Shown one piece after another: positions 29,525 through 38,354 of a stretch of 64,000 nucleotides of DNA; the first letter of the stretch is position 1, and each line of letters begins with the position of its first letter. The notes under the pieces were generated by a model. That model worked only from the letters and a program-made list of their open reading frames with translations. It did not search any database and was not told the origin of the DNA. The position numbers and the translations under genes were made by a program. This DNA is from an uncultured Gemmatimonadales bacterium (lineage in GTDB: Bacteria; Gemmatimonadota; Gemmatimonadetes; Longimicrobiales; Gaopeijiaceae), in NCBI GenBank assembly GCA_963809895.1, contig CAWELD010000003.1:2336001-2400000 (forward strand). Reading direction: 5' to 3'.

Positions 29525-32236
29525 TCATTCCTCCCGCAGAGCCACGGCAGGGTCGGTGCGGGCGGCCCGCAGGGCCGGTAGCCACGCCGACAGCACCGCT
29601 GCGGACAGCAGAATCGCGAACACGCCTCCCATGACCGTGGGATCCCAGGCCGAGACGCCGAAGAGGAGGCCCGACAGCAGCCGCCCCGCCAGCACCGCGC
29701 CCGCCAGGCCCGCCAACAGCCCCGTGCCCGCCATCCGTAGCCCCTCTCCCAGAAGCAGCCGACGTACGCGGCCGGGACCCGCGCCCAACGCCAGGCGCAC
29801 GCCCATCTCCGCCCGGCGCCGCGCCACGGCGTAGGACATCACGCCGTAGATTCCGGCCGCGGCCACCAGGAGGGCCGTCACCGCGAAGGCCAGCAGCAGG
29901 AGCGCGTTGAAGCGGTCCTGGGCCGTCGCCCGGGCGTACTCCTCGTCCAGGGTCGTGACGGCCGACAGGGGCAGGCTGGAATCCAGTCCGGCGATGGTCG
30001 CGCGGACCCCCGCCAGCACGCTCCGCGGCGGCACCCGCGTGGCCACCAGCAGATGCAGGAAGGTGGTCGGGGCCTGCCGCTGCGAGAAGTAGAAGGCATC
30101 GGGTGCGTCCGCCCGCAGACCCGCGAAGCGGACATCGCCCACGACCCCGACGATCTCCCACTCCGCGGGTGCGGAGGCGTCCCACATTCCCTGCATGGTG
30201 GTCATGCGAATCCGGCGTCCGAGAGGGTCTTCGCCGGCGAAGTTGTCGTCCACGAAGTCCTGGTTGACCACCACCACGCCCGGGGCGTCGGGCCCGTCGT
30301 CTTCGGTGAAGGCGCGACCCCGCAGAAGAGGAATCCCCAGCGCTTCGAAGTACCCCGGCGACACGGGCCGGAAGTAGGCCCCCGGCTTCTGCCCCGGTTC
30401 CGGGGCAGGCCTGTCCGTCACCGTGAAGGTCTCGGTCCAGCTCGCGCTCAACGGCGTGTCGTACGCCACCGAGGCCGAGGTCACCCCGGGCAGGGCCTCC
30501 ACCGCCGCCTCCAGCCTGTGCAGGAAGTCGCTGGTTTCCAGCCGGTCGCCGTAGCCCTGTGACGGCAGCAACAGCTCCACCGACAGCAGGTCCCGGGTGC
30601 GGGCGCCCAGGTCCACGGCCCGCACCGCGAGGAAGCTCCGCACCAGGAGGCCGGCCCCCACCAGGAGCGTGCACGCGAGCGCGAGCTGCCCCGCCACCAG
30701 GACGCGAGCCGTACGTCCACCGCCGCTGCCGGCGGTTCCCCGGCCCCCGGCCTTCAAGGCCTCGGTCATGCGCGGCCGGGCCCCGCGCAGCGCCGGCAGC
30801 AGCCCCACCACCACGCCGGCGACCAGCGCCACGCCCAGGGTGAAGAGCAGCACATGGCCGTCCACCCCGATGGACGACTGCCGGGGCAGATCCTCGGGCA
30901 GCATGGCAAGCAGCACGTCGAGTCCTCCCGACGCCAGCACCAGCCCCCCGACGCCGCCGGCGAGCCCCAGCAGGACGGCCTCCAGGAGACCGAGGCGCAC
31001 CAGCCGACCCGCGCCGGCGCCCACCGCGGCGCGCACCGCCATCTCCCGACTGCGGTCCAGGGTGCGCGCCAGCAGGAGGTTGGCCAGGTTCGCGCACGCC
31101 ACCAGAAGGACCAGGCCCACGGCCCCCAGGAGTATGAGGAGGTCGCGCCGGGCATCCCCCAGCACCACGGTGCGCAGCGGCGCCACGTCCGAGGTGATGC
31201 CGGTGTAGGTCTCGGGGTGGCTCTCCGACACCGCCCGGGTCAGGGCGGCGAGGTCCTCGGAGGCGGCTTCCAGTGACACGCCAGGCTGCAAGCGGCCCAG
31301 GGCCACGAACACGTGGGACTGGTATCCAGACGCCCACCCGGGCTCCAGATCCAGAGGCACCCAGGCCATCCGTTCCCGGTCGCCGGGCGCCAGGCCCAGC
31401 CCGTTCAGCGTCACCGGCAGCGCGACCGGCGGCATGACGCCCACCACCTCCCAGCGCTCGCCGTCGGCCACGATGCCACGCCCGACGATATCGGGATCCG
31501 CGCCGTAGCGCTCCCTCCAGAGCGCGTCACTGAGGATCACCACGCGATGCCGGCCCTGGCTCTCTTCGGGTCGGAAGACGCGGCCGAGCGCCGGGAGCAC
31601 GCCCACCACGTCGAAGTACGACGCCGTCACCTGAACACCATTGACGCGCTCGGGATCGAGCCCCGCCTCGGTGAGGTTGAAGCTCCAGCCACCCAGAAGG
31701 GCCATGTCCTGGAACGTTCGATTTCCCTCGCGCCAGTCGCGGAACACGCCTCCCGTGGTCCGGAAGGGGCCACCCCCCTGGCTCGAGCGGTCCTGCGCCA
31801 CCACCAGGCGCTCCGCCTCCGGCATGTCGAAAGGACGCAGGAGCACCCCGTTCACCACGCTGAAGATGGCCGTGTTCGCCCCCACCCCCAGCGCCAGCGT
31901 CACGATGGCGCCCACGGTCAGCGCGGGACGCCGGCGCAGCCCGCGCAGCGCGTATCGTAGATCCATCCACCAGCTCTCCATCCCCCCACCTCCCTGTTCG
32001 ATGTGGTGTGCGCTCTCGCGCTCCGTTCCCGCGAACCAGCGCTCCGCCACCGCTTCACGGCACAGGTCCAGGCCACAGCGCAGCCAGAAGACGGCCACAC
32101 CGGTGCGGCCTCCTCGCCGGAGCGCGCCCCGGGTCCCGTCCCGGAAGGCCCGGACCATGTCGTCGCCGAACCTGCGGCGGAACCGGGCCGGGTACAGGTG
32201 CAGCGCCAGTCGGTACAGCCTCTCCGCCCAGCTCAT
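29525..32236 (-). CDS. Duplicated MacB/FtsX-type ABC permease (ADOP-like) no. 3
   Basis: DLRYALRGLRR, TLALGVGANTAIFSVVNGVLLRP, ACANLANLLLAR, EMGVRLALGA, DPAVALREE; ATGA overlap with padR-3. Confidence 0.93.
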   Translation of the reverse strand: MSWAERLYRLALHLYPARFRRRFGDDMVRAFRDGTRGALRRGGRTGVAVFWLRCGLDLCREAVAERWFAGTERESAHHIEQGGGGMESWWMDLRYALRGLRRRPALTVGAIVTLALGVGANTAIFSVVNGVLLRPFDMPEAERLVVAQDRSSQGGGPFRTTGGVFRDWREGNRTFQDMALLGGWSFNLTEAGLDPERVNGVQVTASYFDVVGVLPALGRVFRPEESQGRHRVVILSDALWRERYGADPDIVGRGIVADGERWEVVGVMPPVALPVTLNGLGLAPGDRERMAWVPLDLEPGWASGYQSHVFVALGRLQPGVSLEAASEDLAALTRAVSESHPETYTGITSDVAPLRTVVLGDARRDLLILLGAVGLVLLVACANLANLLLARTLDRSREMAVRAAVGAGAGRLVRLGLLEAVLLGLAGGVGGLVLASGGLDVLLAMLPEDLPRQSSIGVDGHVLLFTLGVALVAGVVVGLLPALRGARPRMTEALKAGGRGTAGSGGGRTARVLVAGQLALACTLLVGAGLLVRSFLAVRAVDLGARTRDLLSVELLLPSQGYGDRLETSDFLHRLEAAVEALPGVTSASVAYDTPLSASWTETFTVTDRPAPEPGQKPGAYFRPVSPGYFEALGIPLLRGRAFTEDDGPDAPGVVVVNQDFVDDNFAGEDPLGRRIRMTTMQGMWDASAPAEWEIVGVVGDVRFAGLRADAPDAFYFSQRQAPTTFLHLLVATRVPPRSVLAGVRATIAGLDSSLPLSAVTTLDEEYARATAQDRFNALLLLAFAVTALLVAAAGIYGVMSYAVARRRAEMGVRLALGAGPGRVRRLLLGEGLRMAGTGLLAGLAGAVLAGRLLSGLLFGVSAWDPTVMGGVFAILLSAAVLSAWLPALRAARTDPAVALREE

Positions 32237-32601
32237 CGCGGCCCTCCGCCGCCGGCGAGGCCCGCGTCGCGGGCCGCGTCCACGGCGCGGGCCATGCGGC
32301 GCGCCTCGGCATCCGCCACGCGCCGTCCGAAGGGCGTCACCCGGTAGTAGCGGCGGCGCTCGTCGTGTCCCTCCACGTCGGTGGGACGCTCGTCCAGCTC
32401 CTCCAGCAGGCCCTCCTCCAGCATCCACTTGAGCCGCCTGTAGAGGGCGCCGGGCTGCAGCGTGAGCGTGCCCCCGGAGATGCGCTCCGCTTCCTGCATG
32501 ATGGCGTAGCCGTGGCGCTCACCCGCCGCCACCACGGTCAGGATCATGAAGGCGTCGGGCTTCATGGGGAGGAAGTCCTGCGGGTCGTCGTCTCGAGGCA
32601 T
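32233..32601 (-). CDS. PadR-family regulator (padR-3)
   Basis: RHGYAIMQE, PGALYRRL, RRRYYRVTPFGR; SD GGAG upstream of ATG 32601. Confidence 0.9.
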   Translation of the reverse strand: MPRDDDPQDFLPMKPDAFMILTVVAAGERHGYAIMQEAERISGGTLTLQPGALYRRLKWMLEEGLLEELDERPTDVEGHDERRRYYRVTPFGRRVADAEARRMARAVDAARDAGLAGGGGPR

Positions 32602-32630
32602 GAGCTGAGATCTCCAGTCGTTCACGGCGC

Positions 32631-32681
32631 GTCTATAGACATTCTGTTTATACGAGACAGCACCATCGCGCGAAAGGTTGC
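32631..32681 (-). promoter_or_regulatory. ECF-like promoter (AAC-N16-CTGTC) plus operator-like palindromes upstream of padR-3
   Basis: Palindrome GTCTATAGAC 32631-32640 (29 nt from the ATG); TATAGAC-N5-GTTTATA 32634-32652; AAC at 32679-32677. Confidence 0.55.
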
Positions 32682-32726
32682 ACCCGCTCTCGCGATGAGG
32701 GTGCTCACGTCCCGCTCTCCCCCCCC

Positions 32727-32776
32727 TGGACAGTCTTTCAATCTTCAATTACTGTTCAACGTCACATGTTGCAACA
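32727..32776 (+). promoter_or_regulatory. Sigma70-like promoter (TGGACA-N17-TACTGT) and downstream palindrome for the NmrA-like gene
   Basis: -35 32727-32732; -10 32750-32755; TGTTGCAACA 32767-32776. Confidence 0.6.
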
Positions 32777-32798
32777 CCTGAAGAAAGGGGGGTCCCCG

Positions 32799-33671
32799 AT
32801 GGATACGATTCTCGTTACCGGAGCCACAGGTCAGCAGGGCGGAGCCGTGGCGCGCGCATTGCTCGCCGAAGGCCATCCGGTCCGGGCCATGACTCGTCAC
32901 CCGGACGGGGAGGCAGCCAGGGCCCTCGCCGATCTGGGAGCTACCGTCGTGCGTGGCGACCTGGACGATCCCGAGTCCCTCCGTGCCGCATTGGACGGGG
33001 TCTGGGGTGTCTTCGCCCTCCAGAACACCTGGGAGGCCGGCGTCGAGCGCGAGGAGGCCCAGGGCAAGCGCATGGCGCGGCTGGCTCGGGAGAGCGGGGT
33101 GCGCCACTACGTGTACGCCTCCGTGGGGAGCGCGCACCGCGAGACCGGCATTCCGCACTTCGACAACAAGGCGCGCGTCGAGGACGTGGTCCGCTCGCTG
33201 GACTTCCCGTCGTGGGTCATCCTGCGGCCGGTCTTCTTCATGGAGAACCTGACGTCTCCCTGGTTCGCCCCGGCCATCGCCGACGGCCATCTCGCCCTGG
33301 GCATCTCGCCCGACACGCCGCTACAGATGGTGGCGGTGGACGACATCGGCCGGTACGGGCTCATGGCCTTCGAGCGGGCGGACGAGCTCTCCGGGCGTGC
33401 CATCGACTTCGCCGGAGACTCCCTGACCCCCGTGGAGGCGGCCCGCATCCTGTCGGACGTCCTCGGGCGCCGGATCACCCATTTCCAGGTACCTCTGGAC
33501 GAGGTGAGGAAGGCCAGCGAGGACTTCGCCGCGATGCTGGCGTGGTTCGAAGAGGTGGGCTACGACGCCGACATCGAAGGGAATGCCCGGGAGTTCGGCA
33601 TCCGACCCACGTCGTTCGCGGCGTGGGCGAAGAGCGCGGACTGGAGCGCCGCCCAGCCCGCTGCCGTCTGA
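32799..33671 (+). CDS. NmrA/HSCARG-family NAD(P)-binding protein
   Basis: ILVTGATGQQGGAVA, PHFDNK, ILRPVFFMEN. Confidence 0.92.
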   Translation: MDTILVTGATGQQGGAVARALLAEGHPVRAMTRHPDGEAARALADLGATVVRGDLDDPESLRAALDGVWGVFALQNTWEAGVEREEAQGKRMARLARESGVRHYVYASVGSAHRETGIPHFDNKARVEDVVRSLDFPSWVILRPVFFMENLTSPWFAPAIADGHLALGISPDTPLQMVAVDDIGRYGLMAFERADELSGRAIDFAGDSLTPVEAARILSDVLGRRITHFQVPLDEVRKASEDFAAMLAWFEEVGYDADIEGNAREFGIRPTSFAAWAKSADWSAAQPAAV

Positions 33672-33683
33672 CGCACACGGCAT

Positions 33684-33709
33684 CCGCGGTGGGGAACGCC
33701 CCACCGCGG
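33684..33709. terminator. Perfect 11-bp hairpin between convergent genes
   Basis: CCGCGGTGGGG-aacg-CCCCACCGCGG; no U tract. Confidence 0.6.
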
Positions 33710-33717
33710 CTCGCCGG

Positions 33718-34536
33718 TCAGCGCCCCGGCCGCTCCGGCAGATGTCTGCGCGCTTCGTTCAGGAGGTCCGGATCGATGTTCACGCCCCGGGCCGCCATCT
33801 TCTGGCCCAGGGCGTCCAGCTGTCCGGGCAGTTCGGGCGGCGTGCCCTCTTGGCGGCGGGCGCGCCGCCCTACCACGGTGCCCACCAGGGCATCGTGGAC
33901 GACGTGCACCGCGATGGCGATCCACAGCGTACCGGTGATGCCCACGACCAGGTGGTCACGGAGACCGTAGAGCCCGGCCACCAGGGCGCTGCGGGGACCC
34001 TGATACAGGTGGACGGCTCCGAAGATGGACGCGGCCAGCAGCGCAGCGGCCCACCAGCTCCCGGTCAGCGCCGCCAGGAGGGTGAAGAGCACCCCGCGAT
34101 AGACCACCTCCTCGCCGAACCCGGCACCGAGACACAGCAGGTAGAAGAAGGCGTGCTCACCCCGGGTGCGGGGCGCGATGCGGCGAACCCGCTCGCGCCC
34201 GGTCCTGGGTGTCAGCCGTGGGATCAGCGTGAGCAACCCCAGTGCCAGGGACCCCAGTCCCACGGCCACGTCCAGGAGCCCCGGCGTCCAGGCCGGAAAC
34301 AGGTGCATGCCACTCTCGCGGGCCGCCGCCCACGACAGGACCAGGAGCACCCACAGCCAGAGCAGCGCCCCCACGTAGGCGCGCCTGCGTTCCATGAGCG
34401 GTGCTTCTCCCCCACCCCGCGCGAGCCGCCGATGGGCGCGCAGGCCCACCAGGGGCCCAACCAGGGCCAGGAATCCCAGCGTGTACCACGACACCACCCC
34501 CATGGTCACGGTGGCGGGGTCGGTGAGAAAGCGCAT
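33718..34536 (-). CDS. CPBP (CAAX/Abi) intramembrane metalloprotease
   Basis: EEVVYRG, FGAVHLYQG, AVHVVHD; multiple TM segments; start uncertain. Confidence 0.88.
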   Translation of the reverse strand: MRFLTDPATVTMGVVSWYTLGFLALVGPLVGLRAHRRLARGGGEAPLMERRRAYVGALLWLWVLLVLSWAAARESGMHLFPAWTPGLLDVAVGLGSLALGLLTLIPRLTPRTGRERVRRIAPRTRGEHAFFYLLCLGAGFGEEVVYRGVLFTLLAALTGSWWAAALLAASIFGAVHLYQGPRSALVAGLYGLRDHLVVGITGTLWIAIAVHVVHDALVGTVVGRRARRQEGTPPELPGQLDALGQKMAARGVNIDPDLLNEARRHLPERPGR

Positions 34537-34690
34537 GGAGCGGCTCCGGACGGGCAAGAGGCTGTGCAGGAAGAGGCGTGTGTGGCATACTGGCGTCAAT
34601 CACGACGATGGCTCGATTCCTGCGGCTATGCGAGTCAGGGATCTGGCGCGATTCCCGCGCCACCACATCGGCCCGACAGAGGAGACGACC

Positions 34691-34972
34691 ATGACCCTCA
34701 CGAGCCTGCTCATCCTGCTTCTCGTGGCCGCCGTGTGCGGCGCCATCGGACAGTCCATCGCCGGCTACTCGCTGGGCGGGTGTCTCACCTCCATGGTCGT
34801 GGGGCTACTGGGAGCCTGGCTCGGAACGTGGCTCGCCACCGAGTTCGGCTTCCCCGCCCTCCTCGTCGTGGACGTGGGCGGGGAGCCGTTCCCGGTGGTG
34901 TGGGCCGTGGTGGGAAGCTTCCTCTTCGCGCTGGCGGTGGGCGTCCTCACCCGCGGCCGCGGCCGCGTCTAG
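34691..34972 (+). CDS. GlsB/YeaQ/YmgE (transglycosylase-associated) small membrane protein
   Basis: Three Gly-rich TM helices (VVGLLGAWLG); SD GAGGAG. Confidence 0.8.
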   Translation: MTLTSLLILLLVAAVCGAIGQSIAGYSLGGCLTSMVVGLLGAWLGTWLATEFGFPALLVVDVGGEPFPVVWAVVGSFLFALAVGVLTRGRGRV

Positions 34973-34978
34973 CGGACC

Positions 34979-37069
34979 TCAGTCGCCGCCGGCCCCCCGC
35001 GGCCACACGTTGTCCGAGGGGTCGCCGTCGGGGAAGCGCCCGTGGGGGTCCAGCGTCACCGACTCCACGGACCGCCCTCCGAAGTCCAGGACCGCGTCGA
35101 AGGTCCGCGACCCGTCGAACCAGACGTCCACCGGGTAGGTGACGATGGCGGTGCGGGCGTCGACCATGTCGGCGTTGTCCATGGGCCGGATGGCCGGCCC
35201 GGTGGCCGCGAAGCGGACCTGGAGCACCACGGGTGAGGGCATGTCACCGTCCTGACGCACGGTGACCGTGGTGCGAGCCCCCTGGGTGGAGACGTTCTGG
35301 ATGGAGCCGTCCACCGCATCGGTGGTGAAGAGCCAGTAGTACCAGAACCAGCCCAGGTCCCGGTCCAGGGCGTTGCTCATGTAGAAGGCGTAGTCCCACG
35401 GGGAGGGATGCTTGAAGCGCCAGGCCTCGGCGTACCCGCTCATGGCCCGCCACACGGCGCTGTCACCCACGATGCCCCCCAGCATGGAGAGCATCAGGGG
35501 TGCCTTGCTGTAGGCCTGGAACGAATACATGGGCCCACCGTAGTTGGCGTCCCACATGAGCGGAGCTTCGCGCTCGTCGCCGCTGATGGTTCCATAGCGC
35601 TGCCCCAGCCCGTCGAGGCGCGGCGCTTCGCCGTCGGCGTCGGCGTCGGACAGGATGTTCATGTACTGATTGAAGCCCTCGTCCATGAAGCCGTACCAGG
35701 TCTCGTTGGTCCCCACCATCATCGGCCACCACTGATGCCCGATCTCGTGGTCCGCCGCCCCCACGCTGGACATGATGAACATGGGGTACTCCATGCCCCC
35801 TTCCGGACCGTCCACGATGGTGAGTTGCGGGAAGGTGTAGGGCATCCACAGACGCGAGTAGAAGCCCAGCGCGTGACGGGCCACCTCCGGGCCCCGGGCG
35901 TAGCGCTCACTGTTGCCCGGCAGGTACAGGACGTTCACCGGTACCGGATCCCGTCCGGGAACCGTGGCCTCGGTCGCATCCCACACGAACTGGTTCGAGG
36001 TGGCCCACGCCACGTCACCCACGGTGTCGGCCACGAAGTGCCAGACCAGACGATCCCCGTCGGCGGTGGAGCGCCCCGGTCCGCGCTCCTGGGCACTGAC
36101 GATGTTGGTGGTGGTCCCCGGCGTCACCTGCGCCAGACGCTGGCGCGCGTCGGCGGTGAGCACCTCGTCGGCGTTCTGCAGCACACCGGTGGATCCCACG
36201 ATCCACCCCGCGGGCACGTCGATGCGCACGTCGAAGCGTCCGAAGTTGTTGTAGAACTCCGACGGCCCCAGATACGGATCCAGATCCCATCCCCCCTGAC
36301 GGAGGTCGTCGTACATGGCCACCCGGGGATACCACTGAGCGACCTGATACAGGGAATCGGCCCAGCGGCCCATGCGCAGCCCGCGCACGTTGTCGGCCCG
36401 GGGCACGCGGAAACTCCACTCGGCCTCCACCGTGGCCGAGGCGCCGGGGGCGACCGGGGTGGGCAGGAGCACCTGGACCGAGGTCTGGGTGACGTCACTG
36501 GCGATGGGGGCCGTGGGCGCCGGAGCGTTGCGCCGGCGGCGAATCCCGGTGTTGGCCAGATCCACTTCCTGGCCGTTGACGGCCAGTCGGGTGAGCTCCA
36601 TGCCGTCGGTGATCTCGGTGACCGTCTCCAGGCGGGGCACATTGGGCCGGAAGATGTTCTGGTCCAGCCGGAGCACCAGCCCCTGCATGGGATCGGGACC
36701 GTTGTTGTGCACCACCGCGGTCTCACGGCCCGAGACCGTGGAGGTGGGCACGTCGAGCCGGGCGTCGATGGTGTAGTCCATCCAGGTCTGCCAGTAGTTC
36801 GGACCGGGACGTCCTGTGGAGTCCCTCGTGCCCGCCGCCATGGCCCTCTGGATCATGTCGGTCATGCGGATGTCCCGCTGCACCGCCCGCTCCGGCGGGG
36901 CCGCCATCTCGCCTCCGCTCGAGGCGGCCATGGCCATCCCGGAGCTCTCCATCATGGAGCCACCGGCAGGCGCCGGCGTGGGCGTGGGCGAGGATCCCGG
37001 CGCGCACGCCACCGGGAGAAGTGCCATGCCGGCCGCAGCGGCCAGCGCAACCAATGCTCGGGTCCTCAT
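34979..37069 (-). CDS. M1 family aminopeptidase, lipoprotein
   Basis: GGMEYP, HEIGHQW...MDEG, PGPNYWQ, AYSK; lipobox-like PVAC; ATGA overlap with upstream gene. Confidence 0.9.
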   Translation of the reverse strand: MRTRALVALAAAAGMALLPVACAPGSSPTPTPAPAGGSMMESSGMAMAASSGGEMAAPPERAVQRDIRMTDMIQRAMAAGTRDSTGRPGPNYWQTWMDYTIDARLDVPTSTVSGRETAVVHNNGPDPMQGLVLRLDQNIFRPNVPRLETVTEITDGMELTRLAVNGQEVDLANTGIRRRRNAPAPTAPIASDVTQTSVQVLLPTPVAPGASATVEAEWSFRVPRADNVRGLRMGRWADSLYQVAQWYPRVAMYDDLRQGGWDLDPYLGPSEFYNNFGRFDVRIDVPAGWIVGSTGVLQNADEVLTADARQRLAQVTPGTTTNIVSAQERGPGRSTADGDRLVWHFVADTVGDVAWATSNQFVWDATEATVPGRDPVPVNVLYLPGNSERYARGPEVARHALGFYSRLWMPYTFPQLTIVDGPEGGMEYPMFIMSSVGAADHEIGHQWWPMMVGTNETWYGFMDEGFNQYMNILSDADADGEAPRLDGLGQRYGTISGDEREAPLMWDANYGGPMYSFQAYSKAPLMLSMLGGIVGDSAVWRAMSGYAEAWRFKHPSPWDYAFYMSNALDRDLGWFWYYWLFTTDAVDGSIQNVSTQGARTTVTVRQDGDMPSPVVLQVRFAATGPAIRPMDNADMVDARTAIVTYPVDVWFDGSRTFDAVLDFGGRSVESVTLDPHGRFPDGDPSDNVWPRGAGGD

Positions 37070-38178
37070 GTAGCTTCCTCCGAAGCCGGGGGCTGCCCCG
37101 GAAGCCAGTCCCGGAACGCCTCCCCGTACAGATGCCAGACTGTGACGAACAACGCAGCCACGATGGGTCCGACGATGAATCCCACCGCACCGAATAGAAC
37201 CAAGCCGCCCAGCGTGCTCAACAGGATGAGCAGATCGGACATGCGCGTGTCGCGGCCGACCAGGCGCGGTCTCAGGAAATTGTCGATGGTGCTCACCACC
37301 AACAGACTCCACGCCACGAGCCCGATGCCGGCGCCGACGTGGCCGGTCACCAGGAGGTAGACCACCATGGGAGCCCACACCAGGCCGGCCCCGATGGCGG
37401 GAATGATGGAGACCACCATGGTGACGGTGCCCCAGAAGGCGGCACCGGGCACACCGGCCACCCAGAAGGCCACGCCCGCCAGCCCGCCCTGGATGATGCC
37501 GATGAGGAGCGACCCCTTGAGGGTGGCCCGCGTCACCGAGACGAACTTGTCCAGCAGTCGTTCCTCGTCGGCGGGAGACAGCGGCACATAGTAGAGGATG
37601 CGGTCCAGGATCCTCCGGCCGTCCACCAGAAAGAAGAACATGGCGTAGAGGACGATGAAGAGCTGCAGAAAGAAGCCCAGCGTGCCCCGGGTGACGTCGG
37701 CCAGGCTCCGGACCAGGAAGCTGCCGGTGCCGGACGCCGCCTGGGCCACCTTCGCTCCGATCTCCTCGCCGGTGGGGATGAGCGCGCGAAGCCCCGGCAG
37801 CCGATCCAGCAGTGGGATCTCCTGCAACCGCTGATCCCACCCCCCCGCGGCGCTGATCTGCTTCTCGATCCACGGCCCCGCCGCTTGCGACACCTCCACG
37901 GCCTGACTCGCCACGAGTCCAACGAACGCCAGCAGGGGAATCCCCACGACCAGCAGAATGATGAGGATCGTCGTCACCGACGCCCACGCCTTGCGGCCCC
38001 CCATGCGCCGAAGCAACGAGGCATACAGGGGGCTGGCCATCCCGGAGAAGATCGCCGCCAGAAGCACCGCCAGCAGGAACTGGCGGATCATGGCCAGGAA
38101 GAGGAGGGACATCCCCAGGGTGAACGCCAGCAGGAAGGTCTTCCGGAAGCGTTCCTGCGGAGGGTGCTGGGCGGTCAT
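37066..38178 (-). CDS. AI-2E family transporter
   Basis: Multiple TM segments; FFFLVDG, IPAIGAGLVWAP, IDNFLRPRLVG, LGGLVLFG..G.IVGP. Confidence 0.92.
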   Translation of the reverse strand: MTAQHPPQERFRKTFLLAFTLGMSLLFLAMIRQFLLAVLLAAIFSGMASPLYASLLRRMGGRKAWASVTTILIILLVVGIPLLAFVGLVASQAVEVSQAAGPWIEKQISAAGGWDQRLQEIPLLDRLPGLRALIPTGEEIGAKVAQAASGTGSFLVRSLADVTRGTLGFFLQLFIVLYAMFFFLVDGRRILDRILYYVPLSPADEERLLDKFVSVTRATLKGSLLIGIIQGGLAGVAFWVAGVPGAAFWGTVTMVVSIIPAIGAGLVWAPMVVYLLVTGHVGAGIGLVAWSLLVVSTIDNFLRPRLVGRDTRMSDLLILLSTLGGLVLFGAVGFIVGPIVAALFVTVWHLYGEAFRDWLPGQPPASEEAT

Positions 38179-38354
38179 GCGGCTCGCTCGCGGCAATGGC
38201 CAGTGGATGCGGTGACGGGGCGCTCGCCGAAGAGATGCGCCGGGCTCCAACTTCGGTGTTCGGACGCCGGCGGGCCAGCATGGGAACCGCGGACCCGGTC
38301 GCGGCGTGCGAGCGGCCGTCGTAGCTTCCAGGCTCCTGCATCACCTTTGCCGAC

